NCBI GenBank assembly: GCA_965234725.1 | Contig: CBDDUX010000040.1 | Location: 1-64,000 of the forward strand | Length of the DNA: 64,000 nt | Direction of reading: 5' to 3' | Source of the DNA: Thermoplasmatota archaeon | GTDB taxonomy: Archaea > Thermoplasmatota > Penumbrarchaeia > Penumbrarchaeales > Penumbrarchaeaceae | Shown here: in pieces, positions 50,201 to 59,467 of the stretch | Layout of the letters: the number at the start of each line of letters is the position of its first letter | How positions within the stretch are numbered: the first letter of the stretch is position 1 | Notes under the pieces: generated by a model | Told to the model about the DNA's origin: nothing | Seen by the model: only the letters and a program-made list of their open reading frames with translations | Databases searched by the model: none | Made by a program: the position numbers and the translations under genes

Positions 50201-53200
50201 ATATTGCCGTTCGTATCTAACAGATATAATTTGATATTACCGTCCCATCCATATGTACCCACATAGACCGTTCCGTTCGGTCCGATGAATACGGATGAGA
50301 CCTCATCAAGATATGTATCGCTCCACTGCGTGAATTTCACGGCCCATTTGTAGTACCCATCCTTATCGATCTTCAACAGGTAATCGCTGCTGTAACCCTT
50401 TATGTAGAAACTTCCATCCGGTCCGACTGCCATTTCATTGCACTCGGCGAATTTCCTTGATTCGTCATCGCCTATGACCTCATCTTCAACGATATCTATG
50501 GTGGTATAATCCGTCAAAAGATCGTTTGTACCATTACCGTCGGTATCCATTGATAACGGATTCAGGTTGCAGTAGAATTCCATTAGATCATTGATACCGT
50601 CTCCATCGGTGTCATTCAATGTCGGATCGGATACTATATGCCAGTAGAATGGGGTCCCGTCATAAGTGAAATTGACGACCCAACCTTCCAGTTCCAGATA
50701 ATCGGTGAGCCCATCATTATCCGTGTCATCGTTCCGAAGGTCCATCCCTTTCTTGACCTCTAATCTATCGTTCAATCCGTCCAGGTCCGTATCTGGATCG
50801 GTGGGATCATATCCCATTTCAAGCTCGTAAGGATCACCAAGACCATCCCCGTCCGAATCCCATTTCCACTGACTGGTTCCTATCTCCTGGGATGCATTCA
50901 GTGTATCTCCATCCGGATCTGACCTCTTCAGATATCCCCATCTTGAAAGGTCATCCATGTTCTCGGGCATTATGTCGAAGTACATTGTATCCATTTGAGA
51001 ATAATCCGTATCTGTAACATTCTTCCTCTCCCAGAGTCCTGGGAACCAGAAGGCAACGTAATTGTATTCCTCGTAGAAGACCTTGTATTCCGTTTTAAAA
51101 ATGGTGGAAACAGGATAATTGATCATTCCGAATCCCGGCTCTACGTATGCTCCGATCTCCCATTGTGTGTCCTTTCTCTGATCGGTCTCTGTCTCTTTTA
51201 TCACATTTTGATAAGTGCCTCTCTTCGACCATTTCGTTCCAGTATAGCCTGCTTCGGCGGGTTTTGAAGGAACATAGATGATGTAACCGGGTTTGATGTA
51301 TCCTTCTTCGACATCTTCCTTACCACCCCATCTGGTCCTCACAACCGATGTGTTGACAATACTTTCCATTTCGAACCTGTCACCGGCATCAAGGCCGTTA
51401 CCGGTCCTATCGATCATGTCCATTGAAGTGGAGACGATCTCCAGGTCCAGGTCGCAGAATGTCCTTGCCCCTGCTACAAGTCCCAGGATCCAGTTCATGA
51501 TGATATCCTGATAGCCCGAGACCCCAGGGATCCATGTCAGGATCAGGTCCACAAGGTCTGCAATGAGCATTATGATCCCAATAATGGTCCCGACAATAGG
51601 GATCAGTCCGATCAAGAACATGACGATGGAATATCCCATCTGGAGCATGAACTGTGCCGTAGCAACAGAAGCCGAGAAAGCATCCCAGCCGTTGCTGCAG
51701 CATATCATGATAAGGTTGAAGACACCGATCCCGTAATCAATGATGAGGCCCACTATATCGAGTATAGGACCTATGGTGTCAAGGAATTTCAGGACATCCT
51801 TTACCGTGTCCACGACCTTCACGATCTTGAGTGCGGTAATGATCGATTTCAATCCGTCCCCAATATAACTCCCGGCCTTGGCAAGGATATCCACCTTTGC
51901 TCCAATTTCGATGATATCCTTGAAACCGCCCATGATGGTCATGGGTGCTCCAACCAACCATTTGGCAGTGTTGAATATGTTCATTCCAATGGTGTATGCG
52001 TCCAGGTTGACCTCGGGAACATTCCAGTTGGTAACCTGGTCACCAACGGAAATTACCGTGGAATCCCCGATCGCCCAGAACAACAACAGTGATGCTGTAT
52101 CCGTTCCCGTGTTCCTGTTCAATCCCCAGGAGGCAACCTCACCGATCAATTCACCAGGGTCAAGGGGATCTGTAGAGGGAGCCTCATACCAGGTGGTCTT
52201 CATCATCCTCGATCTGATCACTGGCTCATTTCCAAGGTCTATCACAAAGGACCGTCCGTCTATGGGATCAAGGTCTCTGAGATCCATGATGGAGGAGGAA
52301 TCCTCAATTAAGGTGATCAATGGGAGTATGCTTTCATCAGGGAGGGTTGAAACGGCCTCTCCGGAAATGCGATTGATAGAATCAAGAAGTGCTTCATCCT
52401 GGTGATCGTAAGTTCCCTCTACGCTGTCAAGAGTGAGGTTCTTATCACTCAGCACGGATTTAATATCACCCATCTGGAACGTATCATTCCTCATGAAATC
52501 CCTTGATAATATCACAAGGGACATCAAAAGTTCCTCAAGGTCATTACCGTAAAAAACACCCAATTCGGTTCCGAAGTTCTCCGATGCCCTCAATCCGACG
52601 ATGGAGAATTTTTCGGGATATGTAATAAGGTTGATCATCTGAGTCTTGATACCTGCATCCTCTATCTTGAACTTGGAATTCTCACCGGAAGAGGAGGTGG
52701 AGGTTTTCAATGTTCCATCGGTCTGGAGGGTAAGGTATTTTCCAGTGTTGGTAATCAGATATTCAAGGTCCCCTGCCGGCGATCTCTGGAACTTGCAGTT
52801 ATCTCCGAGTTCGTTCCAGGATGCAGTGAGGAACCCCGATCCATCGGTTCCAAGATAATTCCCGTTCATTGCTTTGAAGGCTATCTGGTCCGATCCCAGT
52901 TCCTCAATGACGAATCCCTGATGGTCAGATATTGAGGATGCATTTGCATTGGGTTTTCCGTTATCCGCAGATGAAAGGTATTTCCCGTTGTTTGCTTTGA
53001 TGGAACTTACCTTTTGATCGGTATTGGCGGTCACTGACCATTCGAAGGAGAGGTCCAGGTCAAGGTCGGTCGGTTCCCCGGCGGGGATGAACATCTTCCC
53101 CCTGAGTGCAACGATCTGGCCGTATTCCCTCTCAGGGAACATCGGGATGATGCATGTATCTCCATCCACCACAATTCCATAATCTATCACATCATCCTGG

Positions 53201-53901
53201 TCCGGGACATGGTTCATTTTGATCTTCAGGATCGGATTAATGAACATGTCCTCCTCGGAATCGTCCAGATCCTTCATCATCGCCTTTTCATCATGGGGCC
53301 AATCATAGGACCCGATGATCATGTTCATATGGGACGGGTTTTGAGGTCTGATCTGAAATGAGATGTACACATATTCTGATGTTGTGTTCAGGTCAAGGTG
53401 GAATGAACTCTTGACAGCTGTCTTTGAAAATGGAGAGAGATCGGTGGTATCTTCCAGACCATCATTGTCATTATCACTGTCCCATGCATTGGAAATCCCA
53501 TCTCCATCCGCATCCGTTGGGACATCGATCATCTCCATGCCGTCCGGAAGTCCATCGTTATTGGAGTCCATCTTGTGGGGGTCCGTATTCATTGAGATCT
53601 CAACAGGATCGTTAACCTTGTCATTGTCCGTATCCTCTGAAAAAGGATCCGTTCCTATGACCAGTTCAACCGAATCCGGTATCGTATCCAGATCAGAGTC
53701 GGTCATGTCATTAGTTGCCGAGATCAGATCCTCGACAAGACCGGAAAGGTTCCGGTATGGTCCCGGAACAATGTCATATCTTGTCTGATCCTTCTCCTCT
53801 TCTCCGATCCAACCATGAACAACCGGAAGGAAAACCATGGTCAGAAGAACAGACACACTCAAGATCGAAATATTACGTCTGCGGTTAAAGATCATTCCCA
53901 C
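47269..53901 (-). CDS. Giant surface-anchored multidomain protein: DxDxDG Ca-binding repeats, fascin-like trefoil, hydrophobic helical bundle, NHL-type propeller, C-terminal TM
   Basis: Signal peptide, three clusters of DTDxDGLxDxxE...GT.P repeats, three (A/T)xNGxYL-type repeats, NHL-like blades (IAVNSFGDIFLLD, IFIDKDDNIYICD), DHFSIFGI motif, TM IWIIILILVILLISISAIII. Confidence 0.88.
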   Translation of the reverse strand: MGMIFNRRRNISILSVSVLLTMVFLPVVHGWIGEEEKDQTRYDIVPGPYRNLSGLVEDLISATNDMTDSDLDTIPDSVELVIGTDPFSEDTDNDKVNDPVEISMNTDPHKMDSNNDGLPDGMEMIDVPTDADGDGISNAWDSDNDNDGLEDTTDLSPFSKTAVKSSFHLDLNTTSEYVYISFQIRPQNPSHMNMIIGSYDWPHDEKAMMKDLDDSEEDMFINPILKIKMNHVPDQDDVIDYGIVVDGDTCIIPMFPEREYGQIVALRGKMFIPAGEPTDLDLDLSFEWSVTANTDQKVSSIKANNGKYLSSADNGKPNANASSISDHQGFVIEELGSDQIAFKAMNGNYLGTDGSGFLTASWNELGDNCKFQRSPAGDLEYLITNTGKYLTLQTDGTLKTSTSSSGENSKFKIEDAGIKTQMINLITYPEKFSIVGLRASENFGTELGVFYGNDLEELLMSLVILSRDFMRNDTFQMGDIKSVLSDKNLTLDSVEGTYDHQDEALLDSINRISGEAVSTLPDESILPLITLIEDSSSIMDLRDLDPIDGRSFVIDLGNEPVIRSRMMKTTWYEAPSTDPLDPGELIGEVASWGLNRNTGTDTASLLLFWAIGDSTVISVGDQVTNWNVPEVNLDAYTIGMNIFNTAKWLVGAPMTIMGGFKDIIEIGAKVDILAKAGSYIGDGLKSIITALKIVKVVDTVKDVLKFLDTIGPILDIVGLIIDYGIGVFNLIMICCSNGWDAFSASVATAQFMLQMGYSIVMFLIGLIPIVGTIIGIIMLIADLVDLILTWIPGVSGYQDIIMNWILGLVAGARTFCDLDLEIVSTSMDMIDRTGNGLDAGDRFEMESIVNTSVVRTRWGGKEDVEEGYIKPGYIIYVPSKPAEAGYTGTKWSKRGTYQNVIKETETDQRKDTQWEIGAYVEPGFGMINYPVSTIFKTEYKVFYEEYNYVAFWFPGLWERKNVTDTDYSQMDTMYFDIMPENMDDLSRWGYLKRSDPDGDTLNASQEIGTSQWKWDSDGDGLGDPYELEMGYDPTDPDTDLDGLNDRLEVKKGMDLRNDDTDNDGLTDYLELEGWVVNFTYDGTPFYWHIVSDPTLNDTDGDGINDLMEFYCNLNPLSMDTDGNGTNDLLTDYTTIDIVEDEVIGDDESRKFAECNEMAVGPDGSFYIKGYSSDYLLKIDKDGYYKWAVKFTQWSDTYLDEVSSVFIGPNGTVYVGTYGWDGNIKLYLLDTNGNIKAKWYNNHIGTVSTMWVDEEDNVYAMGIGPGEWPYIVVFDPNGTELRYKQLPYYSGPGSIGALEGNSIAVNSFGDIFLLDIKNRVVHVYNPDLTENFTWQVPQFGKPGDIFIDKDDNIYICDEDQTYDRIQVFDRNRRMLAEWNTGLSETSIYVGDDDKIYVGGNTGSGTYKGRIILFDMLTTLHRVDEDLVADDTDSDGLPDDEEMVGWLCNSTTPEGDVSEIVLSSPKIFDTDDDGLNDSYEKYLLTDPNSTDTDRDGLGDLFELENGTDPLHFDSDRDTLSDSLELAWGGDPLLYDTDGDGLSDKWEFLLGTNPRDPDTDDDGLSDNEEKQMGYDPLDPDPDRDSLFDNEELELGTNAYKSDDDGDGIPDGIEMIYETDPTSGDSDGDLLPDGFEIEMKLNPINNDTDGDGMLDSRELEIGYNPFSRDSDGDGIPDGSDLDFTVELENITFISDSTKDSDMLKNGLSGQGSVIINELAPDEAEGITDQYIVIVGKPSMDQGTSGNLIYQLLKDTPYLLEAMNSSMENRCVVRYGVWSPNQTVILISKPLQNDHNRILGIFKSIMMSVESGHVVSDYMTPVGFINFDSLDLTRAVDAALFCEFKGNSTAKLELTHLMDPPTPMKVSSGIPLDRYPIDRFIQVDLTGDVEVSWAELRIYYTVDDLDRNNDGDADDTGDIDESTLTIYRLENGTWMNLSSISRVNTTDLNLNGMDYAGYIQIDLDHFSIFGIAGEAFEIGNYSLTIGPIIDENGTVLDNVSVSISLEGFEDSSLSDLDGNTYFILARSSYGIPVVITLFKEGYQNLTYSTNITKEGLLETLPPPMVKIQDVIDNVTVHFILSIGPIRNETGSFLDNCRIVITISTLTLENNTGPDGIAEFNLSKDLLGSDVNISISLDGYEPIQYSTKITMEGLLEEGPPALSLKSEEPPIDEPGSDDDDNGNMIWIIILILVILLISISAIIIISRRSRPAEDEE

Positions 53902-54071
53902 ACCTCTATGGAATACAGTTCTTTCACAGTTTATATATTATTTATAATATATTGTGCTTTCAATTTGAATGTATTTCTAAAAATATACCGATATTATTGA
54001 TGTTTTTTATTGGTCGACGAAGACATTTTCAATAAGGATCAAGAAATTCCAAGGATCAGGATCAAGTATCA

Positions 54072-54434
54072 TCATTCAATACGACAATCAGAACAGTCCA
54101 GATGCTCACACACCTTGTTATCGACCTTCCACTTAAGGGCCCAGCACTTGAACTGCTTGATCACATCGATGAGCTCGGATCCGCTTTCGGTCAGATCATA
54201 TTCAACTTTTATTGGAACCTGAGTTGAATCAACTGATTTTGTGATCAGTCCGGATCCTGCAAGCTCCTTCAATCTCTGGGAGAGGACCTTTGGTGTAATG
54301 TCGCAAAGACCGTTCTTGATATCAGTGTACCTTTTCGGTCCCCCTCCTCCCCTGTGGATCTCGAGGAGGATCACCATTGACCATCTCTTGGCTATCAGGT
54401 CGATGGTCTTATATACTGTGCAGTCCGAGTGCAT
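54072..54434 (-). CDS. HxlR (MarR/DUF24) family transcriptional regulator with C-terminal Cys cluster
   Basis: C.V...DLIAKRW..VIL, RY.DI...ITPKVLSQRLKEL, P..VEY.LTE.G; tail CEHLDCSDC. Confidence 0.92.
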   Translation of the reverse strand: MHSDCTVYKTIDLIAKRWSMVILLEIHRGGGGPKRYTDIKNGLCDITPKVLSQRLKELAGSGLITKSVDSTQVPIKVEYDLTESGSELIDVIKQFKCWALKWKVDNKVCEHLDCSDCRIE

Positions 54435-54435
54435 G

Positions 54436-54504
54436 GTATACAATTAGATACTCTCTAATTGATATACTTTTGTATCATTAGGGTAGTAGATAGCAAAAAG
54501 ATAC
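54436..54504. promoter_or_regulatory. Candidate HxlR-family operators in the divergent hxlR/hcp promoter
   Basis: Three related 16-mers: GTATACAATTAGATAC (54436-54451), GATATACTTTTGTATC (54461-54476), GATAGCAAAAAGATAC (54489-54504). Confidence 0.5.
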
Positions 54505-54516
54505 CAGGTGAATAGA

Positions 54517-56151
54517 ATGTTTTGCAACCAGTGTCAGGAAACTTTGAAGAATGAAGGGTGCACCCAGAGAGGTGTTTGTGGGAAGACAGATGATATAGCC
54601 AATTTTCAGGACCTAATGATCCATTGTATGCGTGGTGTTTCATACTTTCAGGTCCTTAAGAGAGAAGAAGGTCATCCCGACAAGGATGCAAATGAGATCA
54701 TCATGGAAGCTCTCTTTGCAACCATTACCAATGCTAATTTCGATAGGAACAGAATGATAGGGTTCATTCAGGATTCTATAAAGATCAGGGACAGGTTGAG
54801 GAAGGAACTGGAAGGAACAGGGCATGAATTCCAGGACCTCCCGGACCATGCGGTCTGGAAATTTGAAGATGAGGAACAGGCCCTTGAGAAGTCAAGGACC
54901 ATTGGTCATCTGTCCATAGAGAACGAGGATATCAGGTCCCTGTCATTGTTGTTGCTTTATGGTGTCAAAGGGATCTCAGCCTATCTTCATCATGCATATG
55001 TGATCGATTCCACAGATGAGGATATCTTCGCTTTCATGAACAAGGGTCTCCTGGCATACAGGGATCCTGGAATGGATATTGGATCTTTATTGAACCTTGT
55101 AATGGAATGTGGCGAGATCGGTGTCAAAACAATGGCATTACTTGACGAGGCGAACACCTCCAAATATGGAGTACCCACACCTCATAAAGTAAACATCGGG
55201 GTGAGGAACAATCCAGGCATCCTGATATCCGGTCATGATCTGAAGGACCTTGAAGAACTGCTAGAGCAGACAAAAGGTACAGGTATCGATGTGTATTCAC
55301 ATGGTGAGATGCTACCGGCAAATTACTACCCATTCTTCGAGAAGTATGACAATCTGGTAGGTAATTACGGAAGCTCCTGGTGGTATCAGATCAGGGATTT
55401 CGAGACCTTCAAGGGTCCAGTACTGCTAACGACCAACTGTCTTGTCCCTCCTCTTCCTTCCTACAAGGATAGGGTTTACACAACCGGTACAGTCGGATTC
55501 GAAGGAGTTCCCCATATACCTGACAGAGAACCGGGAAAGACGAAGGATTTCTCTTCTATCATTGAACATGCCAGGAAATGTGACCCTCCACAGGAGCTTG
55601 AGACCGGTGAGATCGTCGGAGGTTTCAACCACAGGACCCTTTGGGATGTCAAGGACAAGGTCCTGGAAGCTGTGACAACTGGCAAGATAAAGAAGTTCTT
55701 CGTAATGGCGGGATGTGACGGTAGACACAAGTCAAGGGAATATTATTCGGAATTTGCGAAGGCCCTTCCCAAGGATGCTGTCATCCTGACTGCTGGTTGT
55801 GCAAAATTCAGGTATAATAAATTGATAAAGGATGATATCAACGGTATCCCCAGGGTCATTGACGCGGGTCAGTGCAACGATTCCTACTCTCTTGCAGCCT
55901 TTGCTTTGAAACTTGCCGACCACCTTGGAGTGGATGTCAACGAGCTACCCATCGAATACAATATCGCATGGTATGAACAGAAAGCTGTCCTTGTTCTTCT
56001 GGCTCTCCTTTCATTGGGTGTAAAGAACATTCGTCTGGGACCAACCCTTCCAGCTTTTGTATCACCAACTGTCCTGAACGTTCTTGTGGAGAAGTTCCAG
56101 CTGGGTCCGAATACAACCGTTGAGCAGGACCTTGCTGAGATGATGGCTTGA
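54517..56151 (+). CDS. hcp: Hybrid cluster protein (hydroxylamine reductase / prismane)
   Basis: MFCNQCQET...GC...[77 protein letters not shown]. Confidence 0.97.
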   Translation: MFCNQCQETLKNEGCTQRGVCGKTDDIANFQDLMIHCMRGVSYFQVLKREEGHPDKDANEIIMEALFATITNANFDRNRMIGFIQDSIKIRDRLRKELEGTGHEFQDLPDHAVWKFEDEEQALEKSRTIGHLSIENEDIRSLSLLLLYGVKGISAYLHHAYVIDSTDEDIFAFMNKGLLAYRDPGMDIGSLLNLVMECGEIGVKTMALLDEANTSKYGVPTPHKVNIGVRNNPGILISGHDLKDLEELLEQTKGTGIDVYSHGEMLPANYYPFFEKYDNLVGNYGSSWWYQIRDFETFKGPVLLTTNCLVPPLPSYKDRVYTTGTVGFEGVPHIPDREPGKTKDFSSIIEHARKCDPPQELETGEIVGGFNHRTLWDVKDKVLEAVTTGKIKKFFVMAGCDGRHKSREYYSEFAKALPKDAVILTAGCAKFRYNKLIKDDINGIPRVIDAGQCNDSYSLAAFALKLADHLGVDVNELPIEYNIAWYEQKAVLVLLALLSLGVKNIRLGPTLPAFVSPTVLNVLVEKFQLGPNTTVEQDLAEMMA

Positions 56152-56172
56152 GAAATTATTGGTGGTGATATT

Positions 56173-56511
56173 GTGGAGATCGTAGTCCCGGAAGATTTGG
56201 ATGTAAAACAGACCCCCCACAAGGTGGATGTAAGGTCCCTTTACGACCATGAGAATGCACATGCGGTCCTCATCACCTTGAAGGAGGGGGAATCCCTCCT
56301 TCCCCACATCACTCCTGTGGATGTTTTCTTTTTCATCCACAGGGGGAAGGGGCAGGTAATGGTGGGTGATGAGGTGAAGGATGTAAGAGAAGGAATGCTA
56401 ATTAAAAGCCCCAAGGACATTGTTCATTCCCTCATAAATCAAAAGGATCCTATTTTTCAGGTTCTAGTTGTCAAAGCTCCAAGGCCCACGGATAAGACAA
56501 GGATCATTTGA
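56173..56511 (+). CDS. Cupin domain protein (hcp-associated)
   Basis: L..GESL.PH...DVFFFI..G.G...VG.E......G.....PK...H.L.N; GGTGA RBS before GTG. Confidence 0.88.
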   Translation: MEIVVPEDLDVKQTPHKVDVRSLYDHENAHAVLITLKEGESLLPHITPVDVFFFIHRGKGQVMVGDEVKDVREGMLIKSPKDIVHSLINQKDPIFQVLVVKAPRPTDKTRII

Positions 56512-56512
56512 A
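56468..56512 (+). repeat. Direct repeat copy 1 (3' end of the cupin gene)
   Basis: TTGTCAAAGCTCCAAGGCCCACGGATAAGACAAGGATCATTTGAA; 42/45 identical to 60478-60522. Confidence 0.85.
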
Positions 56513-56889
56513 AGGACCTTCGCTTTTATGGGGATAGTAAAAGAATCATTCCAATCCTTATTTGTAGATAAGTTTGAAATAATATCTTTATGTTTGATAG
56601 AACTGTAAGATTAATATTATGGGGGGGATGTTAAGATCATATCCTAGAGGCGAATGTTTTTCAAGTTCTAAATGGTCCTAACCCTGGTTCCTTTGCTAAT
56701 GCTTCCATTATCAAACCTTTTGATCCAGGGAGAAGGTACTGCTGAATCGGGTCGACCTCCAACACCTCCGAGGAATCTGTAGGGATTTTTAGTAAAAGAT
56801 GCGTTTCAATTCACCTAAATAGACAATATTGAAATAGTGTTGACATTGTTTAAACGATTGCAGGTTCACGGAAGAAAGGAGATATCCTG

Positions 56890-58062
56890 ATGATCAAGAT
56901 AATTAGAAGATCATTTCACCTGATCCCCTTGATCACTCTAATTTCACTTTCCTTTTCCTCTGGCCTTTATGTTTCCAATTCAAAAGCCGAGGATCAAGAG
57001 GATGTTGGATTGCATGTTCCCAATGTTCCCCTGAATCCTGTTGGTTTTGCAGAGATCGAATATTGTGAATTGACCTGGGATCCTCCGATGGGACATGAGA
57101 ATAATTCCTTGATCGGTTACAGAATATACCGTGGAACTACATACAACAGTGATCATTTTTTCAAGGATATCGGACCAAATGAAACCAGATTCGTTGACAC
57201 AGATGTCCATTTTGTAGGAGGATATTACTACTGGGTTTCAGCATTCAATTCCCATGGTGAATCTGACAAGGTTAAATTCGATTGGTTACTACCAATATTA
57301 CCTCCTACGAAACCAGGTAATGTAAAGATCACTAAGTCAGAAGATAGTTTGAAGTTGGAGTGGAAAAAATCGTCTCAGAATGTAAAGTTCAAGGTTCAAT
57401 ATTTGATCATGAGGTCTACTAATTATGAAGAGAGATTCAGCAACATCGGAATTGTGAACCACAATCATATGGCCGAAATCCATTACTTTTATGATTCTTA
57501 TTTGATCAGAGGGAATACATATTCATACAAGATAATTGCAGAGAACGATCATGGATTGAGAAATGAAAGTGAGGTAGTGACAATAGATCTCAAAGGACCT
57601 CCAACAAGTGTTAACGGATTATATGTAAGAGATACTGAAAACTCTATCACTTTAATGTGGGATAAACCTGCCAATAATGGGGGAAGCGACGTCCTGGGTT
57701 ATATTATACAGAAGGGAAGGAATTATGACGATCAGGTCGAAGTTGACAGACTTCCTGCTGATGTGAGGACCTGGGAAGACCCCGATCCATGGACAGACAG
57801 ACCAAATTACTACCTGGTCATTCCCTATAATATTCATGGAGAAGGGGATGAATATCATGCTTATGCTGATCTTTCAGATGATGAGATCCCGGAGGATATG
57901 ATAAGCTGTTTCGCTGTATTATTTGCTATTATGATCATTCCTGGATTCATTACCGCAGCTATAGCCCAAGGTTATGATAAGAAGAAAAGAAATGAGAAAA
58001 AGGAGAAAATGGAAGCAGAACTTGAAGGAAAGGGAATTGAAAATAAGACGGAGGAGAAATAA
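56890..58062 (+). CDS. Membrane-anchored protein with three fibronectin type III domains
   Basis: LTWDPP...GYRIYRG...FVD......YYYWVSAFN..GES and two similar repeats; C-terminal TM and charged tail. Confidence 0.88.
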   Translation: MIKIIRRSFHLIPLITLISLSFSSGLYVSNSKAEDQEDVGLHVPNVPLNPVGFAEIEYCELTWDPPMGHENNSLIGYRIYRGTTYNSDHFFKDIGPNETRFVDTDVHFVGGYYYWVSAFNSHGESDKVKFDWLLPILPPTKPGNVKITKSEDSLKLEWKKSSQNVKFKVQYLIMRSTNYEERFSNIGIVNHNHMAEIHYFYDSYLIRGNTYSYKIIAENDHGLRNESEVVTIDLKGPPTSVNGLYVRDTENSITLMWDKPANNGGSDVLGYIIQKGRNYDDQVEVDRLPADVRTWEDPDPWTDRPNYYLVIPYNIHGEGDEYHAYADLSDDEIPEDMISCFAVLFAIMIIPGFITAAIAQGYDKKKRNEKKEKMEAELEGKGIENKTEEK

Positions 58063-58697
58063 TGGTATCCAGGAGAATATCTATCCTGATATCCGCTCTC
58101 CTTCTTGTATTGATATTGATCCCTGGTTCACAAGGAGCCTCATCTTCGGAGGTATATACCTTTGAAACCACAAATGTAAGTGGGAATACTATCCTCTCCA
58201 TGTCAGTTCCTGATGTGATATATCAGGATATCAGTATTGTATTCGATATCATGGAGATTGACAGAAATGTGACTAGCATAGATTTTACAATGACAAATGG
58301 TGAATTGGGATATCTCGACGAATATGATATGGAGAGATCAGCAAAGCATCCAGATGCATATTAAAGGTGGGATGGCCAAGAGAATGGTGACCTTTTAGGT
58401 ACCGATAACAGCTATAGAGAGACTGTTGGATTCATCATATATGGAGAATATCTGGACAAAGATTTTGAAATGATCCTGAATTTACAGATAAAAAACGGAT
58501 CCCAGGTCCTCTATACCGAGACACATTCATTTTGGGTAATCGGGGAACCAATTGTCATTGAAGGTTACGATCCGAATGGGGATCTGGACTTATTCAATAT
58601 GTATACGACGGTTTTCGTTATCTCTCTAGCAATTTGGATCGTTATCATCTTCTTTGCAATTCTTATTAGAAAGATTGTGAAGGGGGAGAGAAAATGA
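58062..58697 (+). pseudogene. Single secreted/membrane-protein gene interrupted by one in-frame TAA (58362-58364)
   Basis: ORFs 58062-58364 and 58470-58697 share a frame and the 105 nt between them are open. The joined product has a signal peptide and a C-terminal TM with a basic tail. Confidence 0.75.
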
Positions 58698-59467
58698 TAG
58701 AGTTGTGTCTTCTACTCATTTTTACATCACCCTTCATCTATTACGGAGTAGCCATCAATTATTACCTTAAGAATAAAGAAGCCAGGACCTTCTTACAGTT
58801 AGTGGTCTTCCCACTCCCAGCCATGGTTTTCATCAGTTTTCTTCTCTATGAATTATTCAAAAGCCCAGACCACTATGATAAGCTAATAAACATCCTCATA
58901 TGGATCACAGTTCCAATTGGATTGGGGATAATTGTCCATGCTATCTTTGAAAAGGACCTGTCAAGATTCTCCTTTCTCACAAGGATACCATCGGCTTTGA
59001 TCCTGATCTTTATTCCATTTATTATCTTCGAACCTGATCTATTTGAGATGATAGCTCCATGGGCTTTTGCAGTTGCTGGAGCATTGATTGGGATCTATGG
59101 TTATGTAAAATTTTACAAGGGAAAGAAGATAGGGCTTCTGTATGGATATCTGGCTATCTTCTTTTTTGTTGCAGCACCTTTGATCTGCATGGCGATCTCA
59201 ATAGCATATTTCGAGATAGCGAAGGATAATGTGATCTACAGAAGGTCCAGCTGGGGGAGTGAATCATGTCATGATGTTGCATTTCCAATTTTCATATTGG
59301 AAGAAGGATTCATCAAACCTCTTCTTTTTTCAGCCGGATATCTTGGTCTGATGGGTATTGTTGCAGGAATCAGAAAGAAGGCACTTGAGAAGGAGCTAAG
59401 GAAAGAAGGATTGATCCCGGAAGAATTCGATAAGGTTCTGAAGGCGAAGGAGAAGGATGATGACTAA
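58694..59467 (+). CDS. Polytopic membrane protein of unknown function
   Basis: About seven hydrophobic segments; overlaps its neighbours at both ends. Confidence 0.75.
   Translation: MIELCLLLIFTSPFIYYGVAINYYLKNKEARTFLQLVVFPLPAMVFISFLLYELFKSPDHYDKLINILIWITVPIGLGIIVHAIFEKDLSRFSFLTRIPSALILIFIPFIIFEPDLFEMIAPWAFAVAGALIGIYGYVKFYKGKKIGLLYGYLAIFFFVAAPLICMAISIAYFEIAKDNVIYRRSSWGSESCHDVAFPIFILEEGFIKPLLFSAGYLGLMGIVAGIRKKALEKELRKEGLIPEEFDKVLKAKEKDDD

Noticed and set aside
56660-56790. Minus-strand fragment ...GLIMEALAKEPGLG resembling the start of a winged-helix domain
   Set aside because: Too short, with no clear start; possibly a decayed gene at the island edge, but unsupported.
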